Below, piece after piece: positions 1 to 9,670 of a stretch of 32,000 nt of DNA. The notes under the pieces are model-generated. The model saw only the letters and a program-made list of their open reading frames with translations, made no database searches and was not told the origin of the DNA. How positions within the stretch are numbered: position 1 is the first letter of the stretch; every line of letters begins with the position of its first letter. Source of the stretch: Propionibacterium freudenreichii subsp. freudenreichii. GTDB taxonomy: Bacteria > Actinomycetota > Actinomycetes > Propionibacteriales > Propionibacteriaceae. Made by a program: the position numbers and the translations under genes. The stretch spans positions 1,740,001 to 1,772,000 of the forward strand of contig NZ_CP010341.1 in assembly GCF_000940845.1 (NCBI RefSeq), written 5' to 3'.

Positions 1-670
1 AGGCGTCGATCATCTGGTGGGCGATGCGTCCGGTGAAGTGGGTGGAGGTGCCGACCAGGCCCACGCCACCCAGGGACATGAGCGGCAGGGTGATCGCGTC
101 GTCGCCGGCGTAGTAGGCCAGGTCGGTCTGCGACATGACGATGCCGGAGGCGTCCAGGTCCTTCTTGGCATCCTTGACGGCCACGATGCGGGGATGACGC
201 GCCAGCTGCAGCAGCGAATCGGTTTCGATGGCCCGGCCGCTGCGGTGCGGGATGTCGTAGAGCACCACCGGAAGGCTGGTGGAGTCGGCGATGGCCACGA
301 AGTGGTCGATGATGGACGACTGCGGGGGTAGCGAATAGTACGGCGTCACCACCAGCAGCGCGTCGGCCCCGGCCTGCTCGGCCTGCTTGGCCAGCTCGAT
401 GCTGTGCGCGGTGTCATTGGTGCCCACACCGGCGATGAGGTTCGCCCGGTCGCCGACCTCGGCCTTCACCGCCGCGAGGAGCTCGGCCTTCTCCCGATCG
501 GTCGTGGTGGGCGATTCCCCCGTGGTGCCCGAGATGACCAGCCCGTCATTGGTCAGGTCGTCGACGAGGTGGGCGGCCAGGCGCTTGGCGCCGGGCAGGT
601 CGAGGGACCCGTCGGCGTTGAAGGGGGTGACCATTGCGGTCAACATTCGGCCAAAGATCGGTTCAGTCAT
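1..670 (-). CDS. dapA: 4-hydroxy-tetrahydrodipicolinate synthase (DapA), C-terminus cut by window edge
   Basis: Reverse complement from 670 reads MTEPIFGRMLTAMVTPFNADGSLDLPGAKRLAAHLVDDLTNDGLVISGTTGESPTTTDREKAELL...PRIVAVKDAKKD. It has the GTTGE motif and the (A)VKDA Schiff-base lysine motif of the DapA/NAL family. The frame stays open to position 1, so it is absent from the ORF track (no stop in window). Confidence 0.9.
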   Translation of the reverse strand, partial: MTEPIFGRMLTAMVTPFNADGSLDLPGAKRLAAHLVDDLTNDGLVISGTTGESPTTTDREKAELLAAVKAEVGDRANLIAGVGTNDTAHSIELAKQAEQAGADALLVVTPYYSLPPQSSIIDHFVAIADSTSLPVVLYDIPHRSGRAIETDSLLQLARHPRIVAVKDAKKDLDASGIVMSQTDLAYYAGDDAITLPLMSLGGVGLVGTSTHFTGRIAHQMIDA

Positions 671-813
671 CGTGTTTGCCTTCCGTACCTGTGGCACACC
701 CGCTTGTGCCCCACCTTCTAGTGTTCCGCGTGCCTGCTCCGGGCCCGAATCAAGGGTCCGGCCATCTGCACGCACTTATACATGGTAGAGACATTGCCCG
801 CTAGGCTGGGCGC

Positions 814-1479
814 GTGACAGCGCCGCATAACCATAAGAATTCGCCTTCCGTCGACCTGGACGCGAGTTCCCTGGTCTTCGCCGATGACTTCGTGCCCATG
901 TCCGAGGCCATCCGTGAGGCCCGTGACCAGGCCGTGTTGATGGGTGCACCCCAGCTCAGCAATGGGTCGTGCAGCACCCTGACGATGCTCACCCGGGCCA
1001 TCGGTGCCCAGGCGATCGTCGAGGTGGGTTCGGCGACCGGGGCCTCCGGGCTGGCCTTCTTCGCCGGCATGGGCGACTCCGGCGTGCTGACGTCGATCGA
1101 CCCCCAGTCGCAGTGGCAGCTCGAGGCCCGCAACGCATTCCTGTCGCGGAACATCCCGACCCGCCGGTTCCGCCTCATCCCGGGCCTGCCGCTGGACGTG
1201 CTGAACAACCTGCGCGACTCGGCCTACGACCTGGTGTTCATCAACGGTGACAAGCTCGAATACGTCGAGTACTTCGCGCAGGCCCAGCGGCTGCTGCGTC
1301 CCGGCGGCCTGATCGTGATCAACGACGCCCTGTGGCACAACAAGATCGCCGATCCCTCCAATGAGGACGATGAGACGGTGATCATCCGCGAGGCGCTGCA
1401 GTCGGTCACCGACACCGAGAACCTCACCACGGCCCTGCTACCGGTCGGCGATGGCCTGCTGGTGGCCGTGAGCGGCTGA
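814..1479 (+). CDS. class I SAM-dependent O-methyltransferase (caffeoyl-CoA/catechol OMT-like)
   Basis: 221-aa ORF with a GTG start. SAM-binding motif I-like VEVGSATGASGL, then LVFINGDK and PGGLIVINDALW, typical of the O-methyltransferase family 3 fold. Strong GC3 bias. Confidence 0.8.
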   Translation: MTAPHNHKNSPSVDLDASSLVFADDFVPMSEAIREARDQAVLMGAPQLSNGSCSTLTMLTRAIGAQAIVEVGSATGASGLAFFAGMGDSGVLTSIDPQSQWQLEARNAFLSRNIPTRRFRLIPGLPLDVLNNLRDSAYDLVFINGDKLEYVEYFAQAQRLLRPGGLIVINDALWHNKIADPSNEDDETVIIREALQSVTDTENLTTALLPVGDGLLVAVSG

Positions 1480-1515
1480 GCACCGCACGCTCCACGAACG
1501 AGCACACCACACGAA

Positions 1516-1555
1516 CATGACTGTGGCCCCGGCAGCTGCCGGGGCCACAGTCATG
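1516..1555. terminator. bidirectional hairpin terminator between the convergent OMT and glgC genes
   Basis: catgactgtggccccggcag/ctgccggggccacagtcatg is a perfect 40-nt palindrome sitting between the two stop codons (1479 and 1617). Confidence 0.7.
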
Positions 1556-1616
1556 TGTGCACGCTGGTGCTGCGCCGGTCGCCGGCCGGAGCCATCGGCC
1601 GGCGTCCGGGCGCCCG

Positions 1617-2870
1617 CTAGAGCGGGTTGCCCTGTTCGGATCCGTCCTTGGTCACCACGAAGTCCTTCGGCACGACGGTGACACCGCCGGGGCTGACGGT
1701 GAGTCCGCGGCGCTCGTCGTCCTCGGGATCACTGCCGACATTGGTGCCCGGGGTGATCACGACGCCCTTGTCGAGGATGGCATTGCGCAGGATGCAGTCC
1801 TCCCCCACCTGTGCCTCCTCCATGAGCACGCAGCGGTCGATCGAGGCCCCCTTCTCCACGCGCACCTTCGGGCTGAGCACTGAATGGTCCACGTCGCCGC
1901 CGGAGATCACGCAACCGGGCGCGACCAGCGAGCTCTCCGCGTTGCCGTGCAGGGTGAACTTGGCGCCGGGGGCCTGCACCGAGTCGGCCCAGATGGGCCA
2001 TTCCTCGTTGTAGAGGTTGAACTCGGGCACGACGCTGACCAGGTCCATGTGGGCGGAGTGGAAGGCGTCCACCGTGCCCACATCGCGCCAGTAGTCCTTG
2101 TCATGCTCGGTGGCGCCGGGCACCACATTGTCCTTGAAGTCGTAGACGATCGCGTCGCCCGCGTCCACGAAGGCCGGCACGATGTTGCCACCCATGTCGT
2201 GCTTGGAGTCCTCGTCGCGCGCGTCGGCCTCCAGCATGTCCACCAGGGCCCGGCCGGTGAAGATGTAATTTCCCATCGACGCCATGGACTCCTCGGGGGA
2301 ACCGGGCAGGCCGGGGGGATCGTCCGGCTTCTCGAGGAAGCTGCGGATCCGGTGGTCACTGTGCGCGTCGATGATGCCGAAGTCGGACGCCTGGGAGCGC
2401 GGCACCCGGATGCCCGCGACGGTGGCGCTGACGCCGGCGTCGATGTGGGCGTCGAGCATCTGCATGACATCCATCCGGTAGATGTTGTCGGCCCCGAAGA
2501 CCACGATGTAGTCGGGGCGGGTGTCCTTGATGAGGTTCATCGACTGGTAGATCGCATCGGCACTGCCCTGGTACCAGTGCGGCCCGCGACGCTGCTGGGC
2601 GGGTACGGGCGTCACATAGTTGCCCAGCATGGCCGACATGCGCCACTTCATCGAGATGTGACGGTCAAGGGAGTGCGACTTGTACTGCGTGAGCACGGCG
2701 GTCCGCAACAGATTGGAGTTCGCCAGGTTGGACAGCACGAAGTCGATCAGCCGGTAGGTGCCACCGAACGGGACGGCCGGTTTGGCCCGATCGGCAGTGA
2801 GGGGCATCAGCCTCTTCCCCTCGCCTCCAGCAAGCACGATGGACAAGACACTTGGGGTTGCCATGGCCAT
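1617..2870 (-). CDS. glgC: glucose-1-phosphate adenylyltransferase
   Basis: 417 aa. N-terminal [13 protein letters not shown] nucleotidyltransferase motif, followed by a left-handed beta-helix-like C-terminal half. Divergent from glgA. Confidence 0.92.
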   Translation of the reverse strand: MAMATPSVLSIVLAGGEGKRLMPLTADRAKPAVPFGGTYRLIDFVLSNLANSNLLRTAVLTQYKSHSLDRHISMKWRMSAMLGNYVTPVPAQQRRGPHWYQGSADAIYQSMNLIKDTRPDYIVVFGADNIYRMDVMQMLDAHIDAGVSATVAGIRVPRSQASDFGIIDAHSDHRIRSFLEKPDDPPGLPGSPEESMASMGNYIFTGRALVDMLEADARDEDSKHDMGGNIVPAFVDAGDAIVYDFKDNVVPGATEHDKDYWRDVGTVDAFHSAHMDLVSVVPEFNLYNEEWPIWADSVQAPGAKFTLHGNAESSLVAPGCVISGGDVDHSVLSPKVRVEKGASIDRCVLMEEAQVGEDCILRNAILDKGVVITPGTNVGSDPEDDERRGLTVSPGGVTVVPKDFVVTKDGSEQGNPL

Positions 2871-2961
2871 AATTTAGCGCCCGCGATGGGCCTTGGGAGG
2901 CTGTCATGACAAATCGCTCACCAACGGCCTCCACGGGCCCGCAATATGACACCATCGGGGC

Positions 2962-4179
2962 ATGCACGTCTCGATCCTCACCCGTGAATATCCTCCGACC
3001 ATCTATGGCGGCGCAGGCGTCCATGTGGCGCAGTTGGTGCCGCAGTTGCGCAAGCTCGTCGACGTCGACGTGCAGTGCATGGGCGAGCCGCGCCCCGGTG
3101 CGGTGGCGCACAAGGAGGACTACCCGCCCAACGCCAATGCCGCGTTGCGGGTCTTCGGTGCCGACCTGGCGATGGTGGCCTCGTTGGAGGCCGACACCAA
3201 CCTGGTGCACTCACACACCTGGTACGCCAACCTGGGTGGTCACCTCTCGGGGCTGTTCGCCTCGATCCCCCATGTGGTGACGGCCCATTCCCTGGAGCCG
3301 CTGCGTCCCTGGAAGAAGGACCAGCTGGGTGGGGGCTATGAGCTGTCGAGTTGGGCCGAGCGCACGGCCTTCCAGGGCGCCTCGGCGGTGATCGGGGTGA
3401 GTTCGGCGATGGCTGCCGACATCCTGCACTGGTATCCCGAGCTCGACCCCGACAAGGTGCATGTGGTGCGCAACGGCATCGACGTCGAGGAGTTCTACCC
3501 CGACGCCGCGCACGACTACTGCGACAAGATCGGCATGGACCTCGACCGCCCGACGGTGGCGTTCGTGGGACGCATCACCCGCCAGAAGGGCCTGGTGCAC
3601 CTGGTGCGCGCCGCCCGCGAGTTCGACAAGGGCACCCAGCTGGTGCTGCTGGCAAGTTCCCCGGACACCCCCGAGATCGCCCAACAGTTCTCCACCGCCA
3701 TCGAGGAATTGCGTGCCATCATGGGCGACGACCTCATCTGGGTGGAGGAGATGGCGCCGCGCGCCGCGGTGCGGCAGGTGTACTCCCACGCCACCGTGTT
3801 CGCCTGCCCGTCGATCTACGAGCCACTGGGCATCGTGAACCTCGAGGCGATGGCCTGCGAGGCGTCCGTGGTCGCCTCCGCCGTGGGCGGCATTCCCGAG
3901 GTGGTCGACGACGGTGTCACGGGTTCGCTCGTGGCCTATGACCCAGACCAGGAGAATGACGCGAGCTATATCGCCGACTTCGAGCACCGCTTCGCCGAGC
4001 AGGTCAATGAGCTCACCCGCAACCCGGCGAGGGCCGAGGCCTTCGGCAAGGCCGGTCGCCAGCGCTGCATCGACCACTTCAGCTGGGCCAAGATCGCCCA
4101 GCAGACGGTGGATGTGTACAACCACGCCATCGAGTACTACGCGGCCCACGGCCGCCAGCTGGCCAGCGGAACCCACTGA
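2962..4179 (+). CDS. glgA: GT4 glycogen synthase / alpha-maltose-1-phosphate synthase type (actinobacterial GlgA/GlgM)
   Basis: 405 aa. MHVSILTREYPPTIYGGAGVHV N-terminus and a C-terminal EPLGIVNLEAMACEASVVASAVGGIPEVV GT-B motif. Divergent partner of glgC, as at Mtb Rv1212c/Rv1213. Confidence 0.88.
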   Translation: MHVSILTREYPPTIYGGAGVHVAQLVPQLRKLVDVDVQCMGEPRPGAVAHKEDYPPNANAALRVFGADLAMVASLEADTNLVHSHTWYANLGGHLSGLFASIPHVVTAHSLEPLRPWKKDQLGGGYELSSWAERTAFQGASAVIGVSSAMAADILHWYPELDPDKVHVVRNGIDVEEFYPDAAHDYCDKIGMDLDRPTVAFVGRITRQKGLVHLVRAAREFDKGTQLVLLASSPDTPEIAQQFSTAIEELRAIMGDDLIWVEEMAPRAAVRQVYSHATVFACPSIYEPLGIVNLEAMACEASVVASAVGGIPEVVDDGVTGSLVAYDPDQENDASYIADFEHRFAEQVNELTRNPARAEAFGKAGRQRCIDHFSWAKIAQQTVDVYNHAIEYYAAHGRQLASGTH

Positions 4180-4258
4180 GCCGCCAGCAGAAGGCGGACG
4201 TTCGGGGCAGGGCCTTCGCGGACGAGGGTCCTGCCCCGACGACAAGAGGCCCAGCACG

Positions 4259-4297
4259 ACGAAGATGCCCAGCACATTGCGTGCTGGGCATCTTCGT
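4259..4297. terminator. hairpin terminator between the convergent glgA and DUF3117 genes
   Basis: acgaagatgcccagcac-attgc-gtgctgggcatcttcgt forms a 17-bp perfect stem. A second, weaker hairpin lies at 4204-4237 (ggggcagggcc...ggtcctgcccc). Confidence 0.65.
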
Positions 4298-4357
4298 GTC
4301 CGGGTGGTGCGCAGCCCATGGCCGCGCTCCCGGGGGGGGTTGTCTGGTGGGTCTTGA

Positions 4358-4525
4358 TCAGCCGACGACACCCTTGAGGCACTCGAGCAGTTCGCTCGCC
4401 TCGGTGGCGTTCAACTCCACCACGAGGCGCCCACCGCCATCGACCGGCACTCGCATCACAATTCCACGGCCCTCTTTGGTAACTTCCATAGGGCCGTCAC
4501 CGGTGCGCGGCTTCATCGCTGCCAT
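4358..4525 (-). CDS. DUF3117-family small conserved actinobacterial protein (55 aa)
   Basis: Hand translation: MAAMKPRTGDGPMEVTKEGRGIVMRVPVDGGGRLVVELNATEASELLECLKGVVG. This matches my memory of the MAAMKPRTGDGP...KEGRGIVMRVP... family found near glgA in actinobacteria. It falls below the track length cutoff. Confidence 0.8.
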   Translation of the reverse strand: MAAMKPRTGDGPMEVTKEGRGIVMRVPVDGGGRLVVELNATEASELLECLKGVVG

Positions 4526-4584
4526 TGGATCCTCGTTTCTCGTCGTCCTGCGCGTCTAGTACCTCATTATCTCCCATCTGGGCG

Positions 4585-4977
4585 TCAGGTGCCCAGATCG
4601 GAGTCCTGCCGGGGTGCCGAGAGCTGCGCAACCACGCGGTTGATCACGGCATCCACCTGATCCATTTCATAACCCCGGGTGACCACATCGAAGCGGGTGG
4701 CAAGCACCCGGGTGAGGGCCTCCTGGGGAGGATTGGCCCCTTCGGAGAGCAATCCCGCGAGCACGTCCATCGCGGCGCGTACCTGCTTGGGGTCGTAGCC
4801 ACGCAAGACCGTGGCAAAGACCACGTCGTGCAGGTCATCGGCGCGAATGCCCGACTCGGGAAGGTCGGGGCCGGGACGATCGGGCACCGCAGGCGCGAGC
4901 TCGCCGAGCTTCCCCCGCGCGGCAAACACGCCACAGGCGATTGCCACGATGATGAGAATTCCGATAGCCCAGACCAC
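4585..4977 (-). CDS. DivIVA-domain membrane-anchored protein
   Basis: 130 aa. N-terminal TM helix (VWAIGILIIVAIACGVFAA), then two short DivIVA-like repeats (FATVLRGYDPKQVRAAMD and FDVVTRGYEMDQVDAVINRV). Confidence 0.75.
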   Translation of the reverse strand: MVWAIGILIIVAIACGVFAARGKLGELAPAVPDRPGPDLPESGIRADDLHDVVFATVLRGYDPKQVRAAMDVLAGLLSEGANPPQEALTRVLATRFDVVTRGYEMDQVDAVINRVVAQLSAPRQDSDLGT

Positions 4978-4999
4978 GCACCAATGCTATCCGCTCCCC

Positions 5000-6448
5000 C
5001 TACGGCGCCGGGGTCCCGCGATACAGGCGCGCCGCCTCGAGGCGATTTCGCAACTGGCTGTGGAAGATCGAATTGTCGCCGACGATCATCGTGGCAATCG
5101 CCACCGCAATCATGGCCGGGGCCAACAGCGACAGGTTCCCGGTCATCTCGGCGACCATCAGCATCACGCCGAGCGGGGCATGCGCGATCGCGCCGAAGCA
5201 GGCGATCATGCCGATGATCACATAGGGCGCCGGCGACGACGAGACGCCGGGCATGTCGTGGATGATCCGCCACAGGGCAGCCCCGGTGGCCCCACCGATC
5301 ACCATGCCGGGCCCGAAGACGCCGCCCGAGCCCCCCGAGCCGATCGACAGCGTGGTGGCCACGATCTTGGCGAAGGGGATCACCAGCACCAACCACAGTG
5401 GGGACGACAGCATCCAGCCGCTGGTCATCTGTAGTTGGGTCCACCCGTAGCCGGTGCCCAGGACGGCCGGCACCGCGAGTCCCAGCAGGCCCACGCACAG
5501 TCCCCCGATCGCCGGCAGGATCGCCCTGGGCACGGGAAGGCGCTGCAGCAGTGCCCCGCCTGCATAGAAGGCCTGGGCGTACCACCGGCCGAGCAGTCCT
5601 GCGGCAACCCCGACGACCGCGAACCACAGCAATTCGGCCGGATGCACGAACGTGAGCCCGCTCATCGTGCCGAAGATCGGTTGGAAGCCGTACACCGATC
5701 CGTACACCGCGAAGGCCACGATCGACGAGATGAGTCCCGGCATGATGGCATCGGCCTCAAGGTCGTCGCGGTAGAGCAGCTCGGCTCCGAGCAGGGCCCC
5801 TCCCAAGGGCGCGCGAAAGATCGCGCCGATACCTGAGGCCATGGCGGCCGCCACGGCGATGCGGGCGTCGGGACGGGGGATGCGCAGGGCACCACACAGG
5901 CGTGAGATCACGGTGGCGCTGATCTGGGCGGTGGGCCCCTCGCGCCCGCCTGACCCGCCCGATCCGATGATCAGCGAGGAGGCGACCACCTTGACCAGCG
6001 CGGCCCGCAGCCGCAGGCCGGTGGGGTTGTGGTGCACGGCCGCGATGGCGGCGTCGGTGCCGTGGCCCCTGGCCTCGGGGGCGATGCATGCCACCAGGAT
6101 GCCGGCCACCAGGGCTGCACCGCCGGTGACGGCCGGGATCGCCCAGGGACGGGCGAAATCGGCGCCCGGGAAGCCGGTGCCCTCGCCGCGGGTGGTGGGC
6201 GGCAGGTAGCCGCCCAGATCGACCAGCAACCACTGGGTGGCGTGGGACAGGCACCAGTAGAAGCCGACCGCGCCGAGTCCGGAGACGACGCCGATCACCA
6301 CCCCGAACAGCAGCCAGCGCGACATCGAATCGCGGAAGGCCTTGGGGCTCGACGGTGTGAACCGGGCAACCAGTGCCCTGAGGCGGCCCAGCGTGGTCCG
6401 TCGTGGTGTGGCGCTGCCCGCGCTGGGACCCTGCGCGCGCTCGGACAC
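5000..6448 (-). CDS. ClC-family voltage-gated chloride channel / H+-Cl- antiporter
   Basis: 482 aa and polytopic. Carries the ClC selectivity-filter motifs GSGGSGGREGP and GSGGSGGVFGP. Confidence 0.9.
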   Translation of the reverse strand: MSERAQGPSAGSATPRRTTLGRLRALVARFTPSSPKAFRDSMSRWLLFGVVIGVVSGLGAVGFYWCLSHATQWLLVDLGGYLPPTTRGEGTGFPGADFARPWAIPAVTGGAALVAGILVACIAPEARGHGTDAAIAAVHHNPTGLRLRAALVKVVASSLIIGSGGSGGREGPTAQISATVISRLCGALRIPRPDARIAVAAAMASGIGAIFRAPLGGALLGAELLYRDDLEADAIMPGLISSIVAFAVYGSVYGFQPIFGTMSGLTFVHPAELLWFAVVGVAAGLLGRWYAQAFYAGGALLQRLPVPRAILPAIGGLCVGLLGLAVPAVLGTGYGWTQLQMTSGWMLSSPLWLVLVIPFAKIVATTLSIGSGGSGGVFGPGMVIGGATGAALWRIIHDMPGVSSSPAPYVIIGMIACFGAIAHAPLGVMLMVAEMTGNLSLLAPAMIAVAIATMIVGDNSIFHSQLRNRLEAARLYRGTPAP

Positions 6449-6539
6449 GGCGTCATTATGCCGCCGGCTGGGTGCACGCCGTGAGTCGGGACCAGTCTGC
6501 GGTTGGCGCGTTGGTCCCCCACCCGGTCAGGGCCTCGGC

Positions 6540-7382
6540 TCAGTCCTCGCGGGGTTCGAAGGGCGGTGCCTCGGTGACCAGGCGAACGGCCTCGTCGACG
6601 TCATCGGTGACACTGACCAGGTCGAGGTCAGGCGCCGAGATGTTCCCCGAGGGCAGCACCTGCGACCTGAGCCAGTCGAGCAGTCCACTCCAGTACTCGG
6701 ACCCGAACAGCACCACCGGGAAGTGGCTCACCTTGCCAGTCTGCAACAGGGTCAGGGCCTCGAACAACTCGTCGAAGGTGCCGAACCCGCCGGGCATCAC
6801 GATGAACCCCTGGGCGTACTTGAGGAACATCACCTTGCGGGCGAAGAAATAGCGGAAATGCACGCCCAGGTTGATGTACTCGTTCATCGAAGACTCGTAG
6901 GGCAGTTCGATGCCCAGGCCCACGGAACGTCCGTGTGCCTCGGAGGCACCGCGATTGACCGCCTCCATGGTGCCGGGACCGCCCCCACTGATCACCGCAT
7001 AGCCGGCCTCGGCCAACAAGTGGCCCATCCGCCGGGCCTGCTGATAGGCCTTCGCCTGGCGCGAGGTACGGGCCGAACCGAAGATCGCAATGGCCGGTCC
7101 GAGCTCCTCAAGGGCTCCGAAGCCCTCCACGAACTCGGCCTGGATGCGCAGCACCCGCCAGGGATCGCTGTGCAGCCATGATCCGTCGTGATGGCTCTCC
7201 AGCAACCGTTGGTCAGTGGTGGAACCATCCACCTCCGCGCCGCGTCGGATCACCGGGCCGGCGAAGACCTCGCCGACCTGCGCCGAGGGAACATTGTCCG
7301 TGGGGGCCTGTTCGGCCCATTCCGAGGCGCTTCGCACCCGTGCGGGATCGGACTCGCGGGCCTCGTCTTCTTTCATTGCCAT
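6540..7382 (-). CDS. LOG-family (TIGR00730) nucleotide 5'-monophosphate nucleosidase, long (type II-like) form
   Basis: PGGFGTFDELFEALTL and GGGPGTMEAVNRGA motifs. I chose the start at MAMKEDEA (ATG 7382), which follows gaaagag. The track ORF begins 51 nt further upstream at 7433. Confidence 0.85.
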   Translation of the reverse strand: MAMKEDEARESDPARVRSASEWAEQAPTDNVPSAQVGEVFAGPVIRRGAEVDGSTTDQRLLESHHDGSWLHSDPWRVLRIQAEFVEGFGALEELGPAIAIFGSARTSRQAKAYQQARRMGHLLAEAGYAVISGGGPGTMEAVNRGASEAHGRSVGLGIELPYESSMNEYINLGVHFRYFFARKVMFLKYAQGFIVMPGGFGTFDELFEALTLLQTGKVSHFPVVLFGSEYWSGLLDWLRSQVLPSGNISAPDLDLVSVTDDVDEAVRLVTEAPPFEPRED

Positions 7383-7537
7383 CCACGTCTCTTTCTTTCG
7401 TTTCGAATGATTACCGTCTCCAACTCGGCGCACCCTGATGGCCGTGCAGTGTCGCCGCTACCGGTAACCATCGTGCCCCGGTGCCGCCCAATACTGAAAC
7501 CGTCCCCCGCGTGTCCGCCGATTTCACTGGTCAGGTC

Positions 7538-8626
7538 TCACCGGTCGGGCGCCCGGTTCGTCAGCCACGTGGTCAGTGCGCCGGCGCATGTGTCGAGGTC
7601 GGCCAGGGGGCAGCATTCGTCCACCGCATGGGCCTTGCCGGCATCGGCGGGTCCATAGTTGACCGCCGGAATGCCCAGCTGCCCGAAACGCGCCACATCC
7701 GTCCAGCCGTATTTGGGGCCGGGCGTGCCACCGACCGCCTGCAGGAAGCCGCGTGCCTCGGGACGGTCCAGGCCGGGACGGGCCGCCGGAGACAGGTCGA
7801 GCACCTCGAAGTCGACATCGGGCAGGTCGAACAGCTCGCGCATCCGGGCCAGTGCCCGGTCGGCGTCCAGGTCGGGCGCGAAGCGGTAGTTCACCTGCAG
7901 CTGGGCACGGTCGGGGATCATATTGCCGGCCACTCCCCCGCTGACGATGGTGGCGTTGAGGCCCTCGCGGTACTCCAGTCCCTCGACCATGACGCGGCGC
8001 ACCGGGAAGGCCTGGATGCGCTGCAGCAACGGCGTCAGGTCGTGGATCGCGTTGTGGCCCAGCCAACTGCGCGCGGAATGGGCCGCCACGCCATGGGTGG
8101 TCAGCAGGAAGCGCGTCGTGCCCTGGCAGCCGCCCTCGATGCGGGCGCTGGTGGGCTCCATCAACACCGCGAAGTCACCGGCCAACCACTGTGGCTGGGC
8201 CGCGGCGATCTTGGTCAGGCCGTTGGCGGCGGCCTCGATCTCCTCGCACTCATAGAACACCCAGGTGACGTCGTGGACGGGCTCGGCCAGTTGGGTGGCC
8301 AGCTGCACCATGACGGCGATCCCGCCCTTCATGTCGGCGGTGCCGCGTCCCACCAGGTAGTCACCGTCGGGGCGGTGCTCCAGCCTGCTGGGCAGGTTGT
8401 CGGCCACCGGCACCGTGTCCAGGTGACCGGCGATGATCATGCGTTGCGCGCGCCCCAGGTGCGTGCGCGCCACCACGCTGTTGCCGTGGCGCGTCACCTC
8501 GAGGTGGCCGCACGGCTCGAGCACCGCCTGCACGGCGTCGGCCAGGCGTTCCTCATTGCGGCTGACCGACTCGATGTCGACGATCTGGGCGAACAGTCGG
8601 TGCAGGTCCCTGGTATCCAGCGTCAT
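7538..8626 (-). CDS. dapE: succinyl-diaminopimelate desuccinylase (M20 family)
   Basis: 362 aa starting at MTLDTRDLHRLFAQIVDIESVSRNE. Contains AGHLDTVP and GRGTADMKGG metal-site motifs. The 706-aa track ORF is this gene fused to antisense read-through of dapD. Confidence 0.9.
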   Translation of the reverse strand: MTLDTRDLHRLFAQIVDIESVSRNEERLADAVQAVLEPCGHLEVTRHGNSVVARTHLGRAQRMIIAGHLDTVPVADNLPSRLEHRPDGDYLVGRGTADMKGGIAVMVQLATQLAEPVHDVTWVFYECEEIEAAANGLTKIAAAQPQWLAGDFAVLMEPTSARIEGGCQGTTRFLLTTHGVAAHSARSWLGHNAIHDLTPLLQRIQAFPVRRVMVEGLEYREGLNATIVSGGVAGNMIPDRAQLQVNYRFAPDLDADRALARMRELFDLPDVDFEVLDLSPAARPGLDRPEARGFLQAVGGTPGPKYGWTDVARFGQLGIPAVNYGPADAGKAHAVDECCPLADLDTCAGALTTWLTNRAPDR

Positions 8627-8725
8627 GGCGTCAGCGTAGCGATCCCGCCGACGTGACCAGTCGGGTGGCGACGGCCCACAGCCGGCGCATCGGGAACGCA
8701 CCGCAGCGTCGGTAAGATCGCTGGC

Positions 8726-9664
8726 ATGACGCAGAACGCCGCATCGCGCAGGGCCTGGGGCTGGGGCCTGGCCACCATCCATTCGTCCGGTCAGGTGCTT
8801 GACACCTGGTTCCCGAGTCCGGCCCTGGGGGAATCCGACGGCACGCCGGCTCCCTCCGCTGTGACCAGCGGGGTTGCGGTGGACGAGCTGCGCCACGTCG
8901 AGACCCAGCCCCGACTGGTGGAGATCGACCTGGACCAGCCGCCGGCCGACACCAGCGACGCCTATCTGCGCCTGCACCTGCTCAGCCACCGACTGTGCCA
9001 GCCCAACAGCATCAACCTCGACGACATCTTCGCGGTGCTGCCCAATGTGGTGTGGACCAGCGCCGGGCCCTGTTCCCCCGACGACTTCAACGAGCTGCGG
9101 GCCGGCCTGCGCGCCGCCCACGGCACCCTGATCGTCACCAGCATCGACAAGTTCCCGCGCATGGTCGATTACGTGGTGCCGTCCGGAGTACGCATCGGCG
9201 ACGCCGATCGGGTGCGCCTGGGTGCGCACCTCGCCGAGGGCACCACCGTGATGCATGAGGGCTTCTGCAACTTCAACGCCGGCACGCTGGGCGCCTCGAT
9301 GATCGAGGGCCGCATCAGCCAGGGCGTGATCGTCGACGTCGGCTCCGACATCGGTGGCGGTGCCTCGACGATGGGCACCCTGTCGGGCGGCGGCAAGGAG
9401 CGCGTCCGCATCGGCAAGGGCTGCCTGCTGGGGGCCGAGTCGGGATGCGGCATTGCCCTGGGCGACAACTGCGTCATCGAGGCCGGGCTGTACCTGACCG
9501 CCGGCACCAAGGTGACGATGCCCGATGGCTCGGTGGTGAAGGCCCGCGAACTGTCCGGGGGCCACAACATGCTGTTCATCCGCGATTCGGTGAGTGGGGC
9601 GGTGAAGGCGTTGGCACGCAGAGGCAAGCAGATCACCCTGAACGCCGCGCTGCACCACAACTGA
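8726..9664 (+). CDS. dapD: 2,3,4,5-tetrahydropyridine-2,6-dicarboxylate N-succinyltransferase
   Basis: 312 aa. Actinobacterial DapD N-terminus ([17 protein letters not shown]) and C-terminal hexapeptide repeats ([19 protein letters not shown]..., [26 protein letters not shown]). Divergent from dapE. Confidence 0.9.
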   Translation: MTQNAASRRAWGWGLATIHSSGQVLDTWFPSPALGESDGTPAPSAVTSGVAVDELRHVETQPRLVEIDLDQPPADTSDAYLRLHLLSHRLCQPNSINLDDIFAVLPNVVWTSAGPCSPDDFNELRAGLRAAHGTLIVTSIDKFPRMVDYVVPSGVRIGDADRVRLGAHLAEGTTVMHEGFCNFNAGTLGASMIEGRISQGVIVDVGSDIGGGASTMGTLSGGGKERVRIGKGCLLGAESGCGIALGDNCVIEAGLYLTAGTKVTMPDGSVVKARELSGGHNMLFIRDSVSGAVKALARRGKQITLNAALHHN

Positions 9665-9670
9665 GGCCCG

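Noticed and set aside
8627-9658. N-terminal 344 aa of the 706-aa minus-strand ORF (7538-9658), suggesting a giant DapE fusion
   Set aside because: DapE homology begins at MTLDTRD (ATG 8626). The upstream part is antisense to dapD and low complexity.
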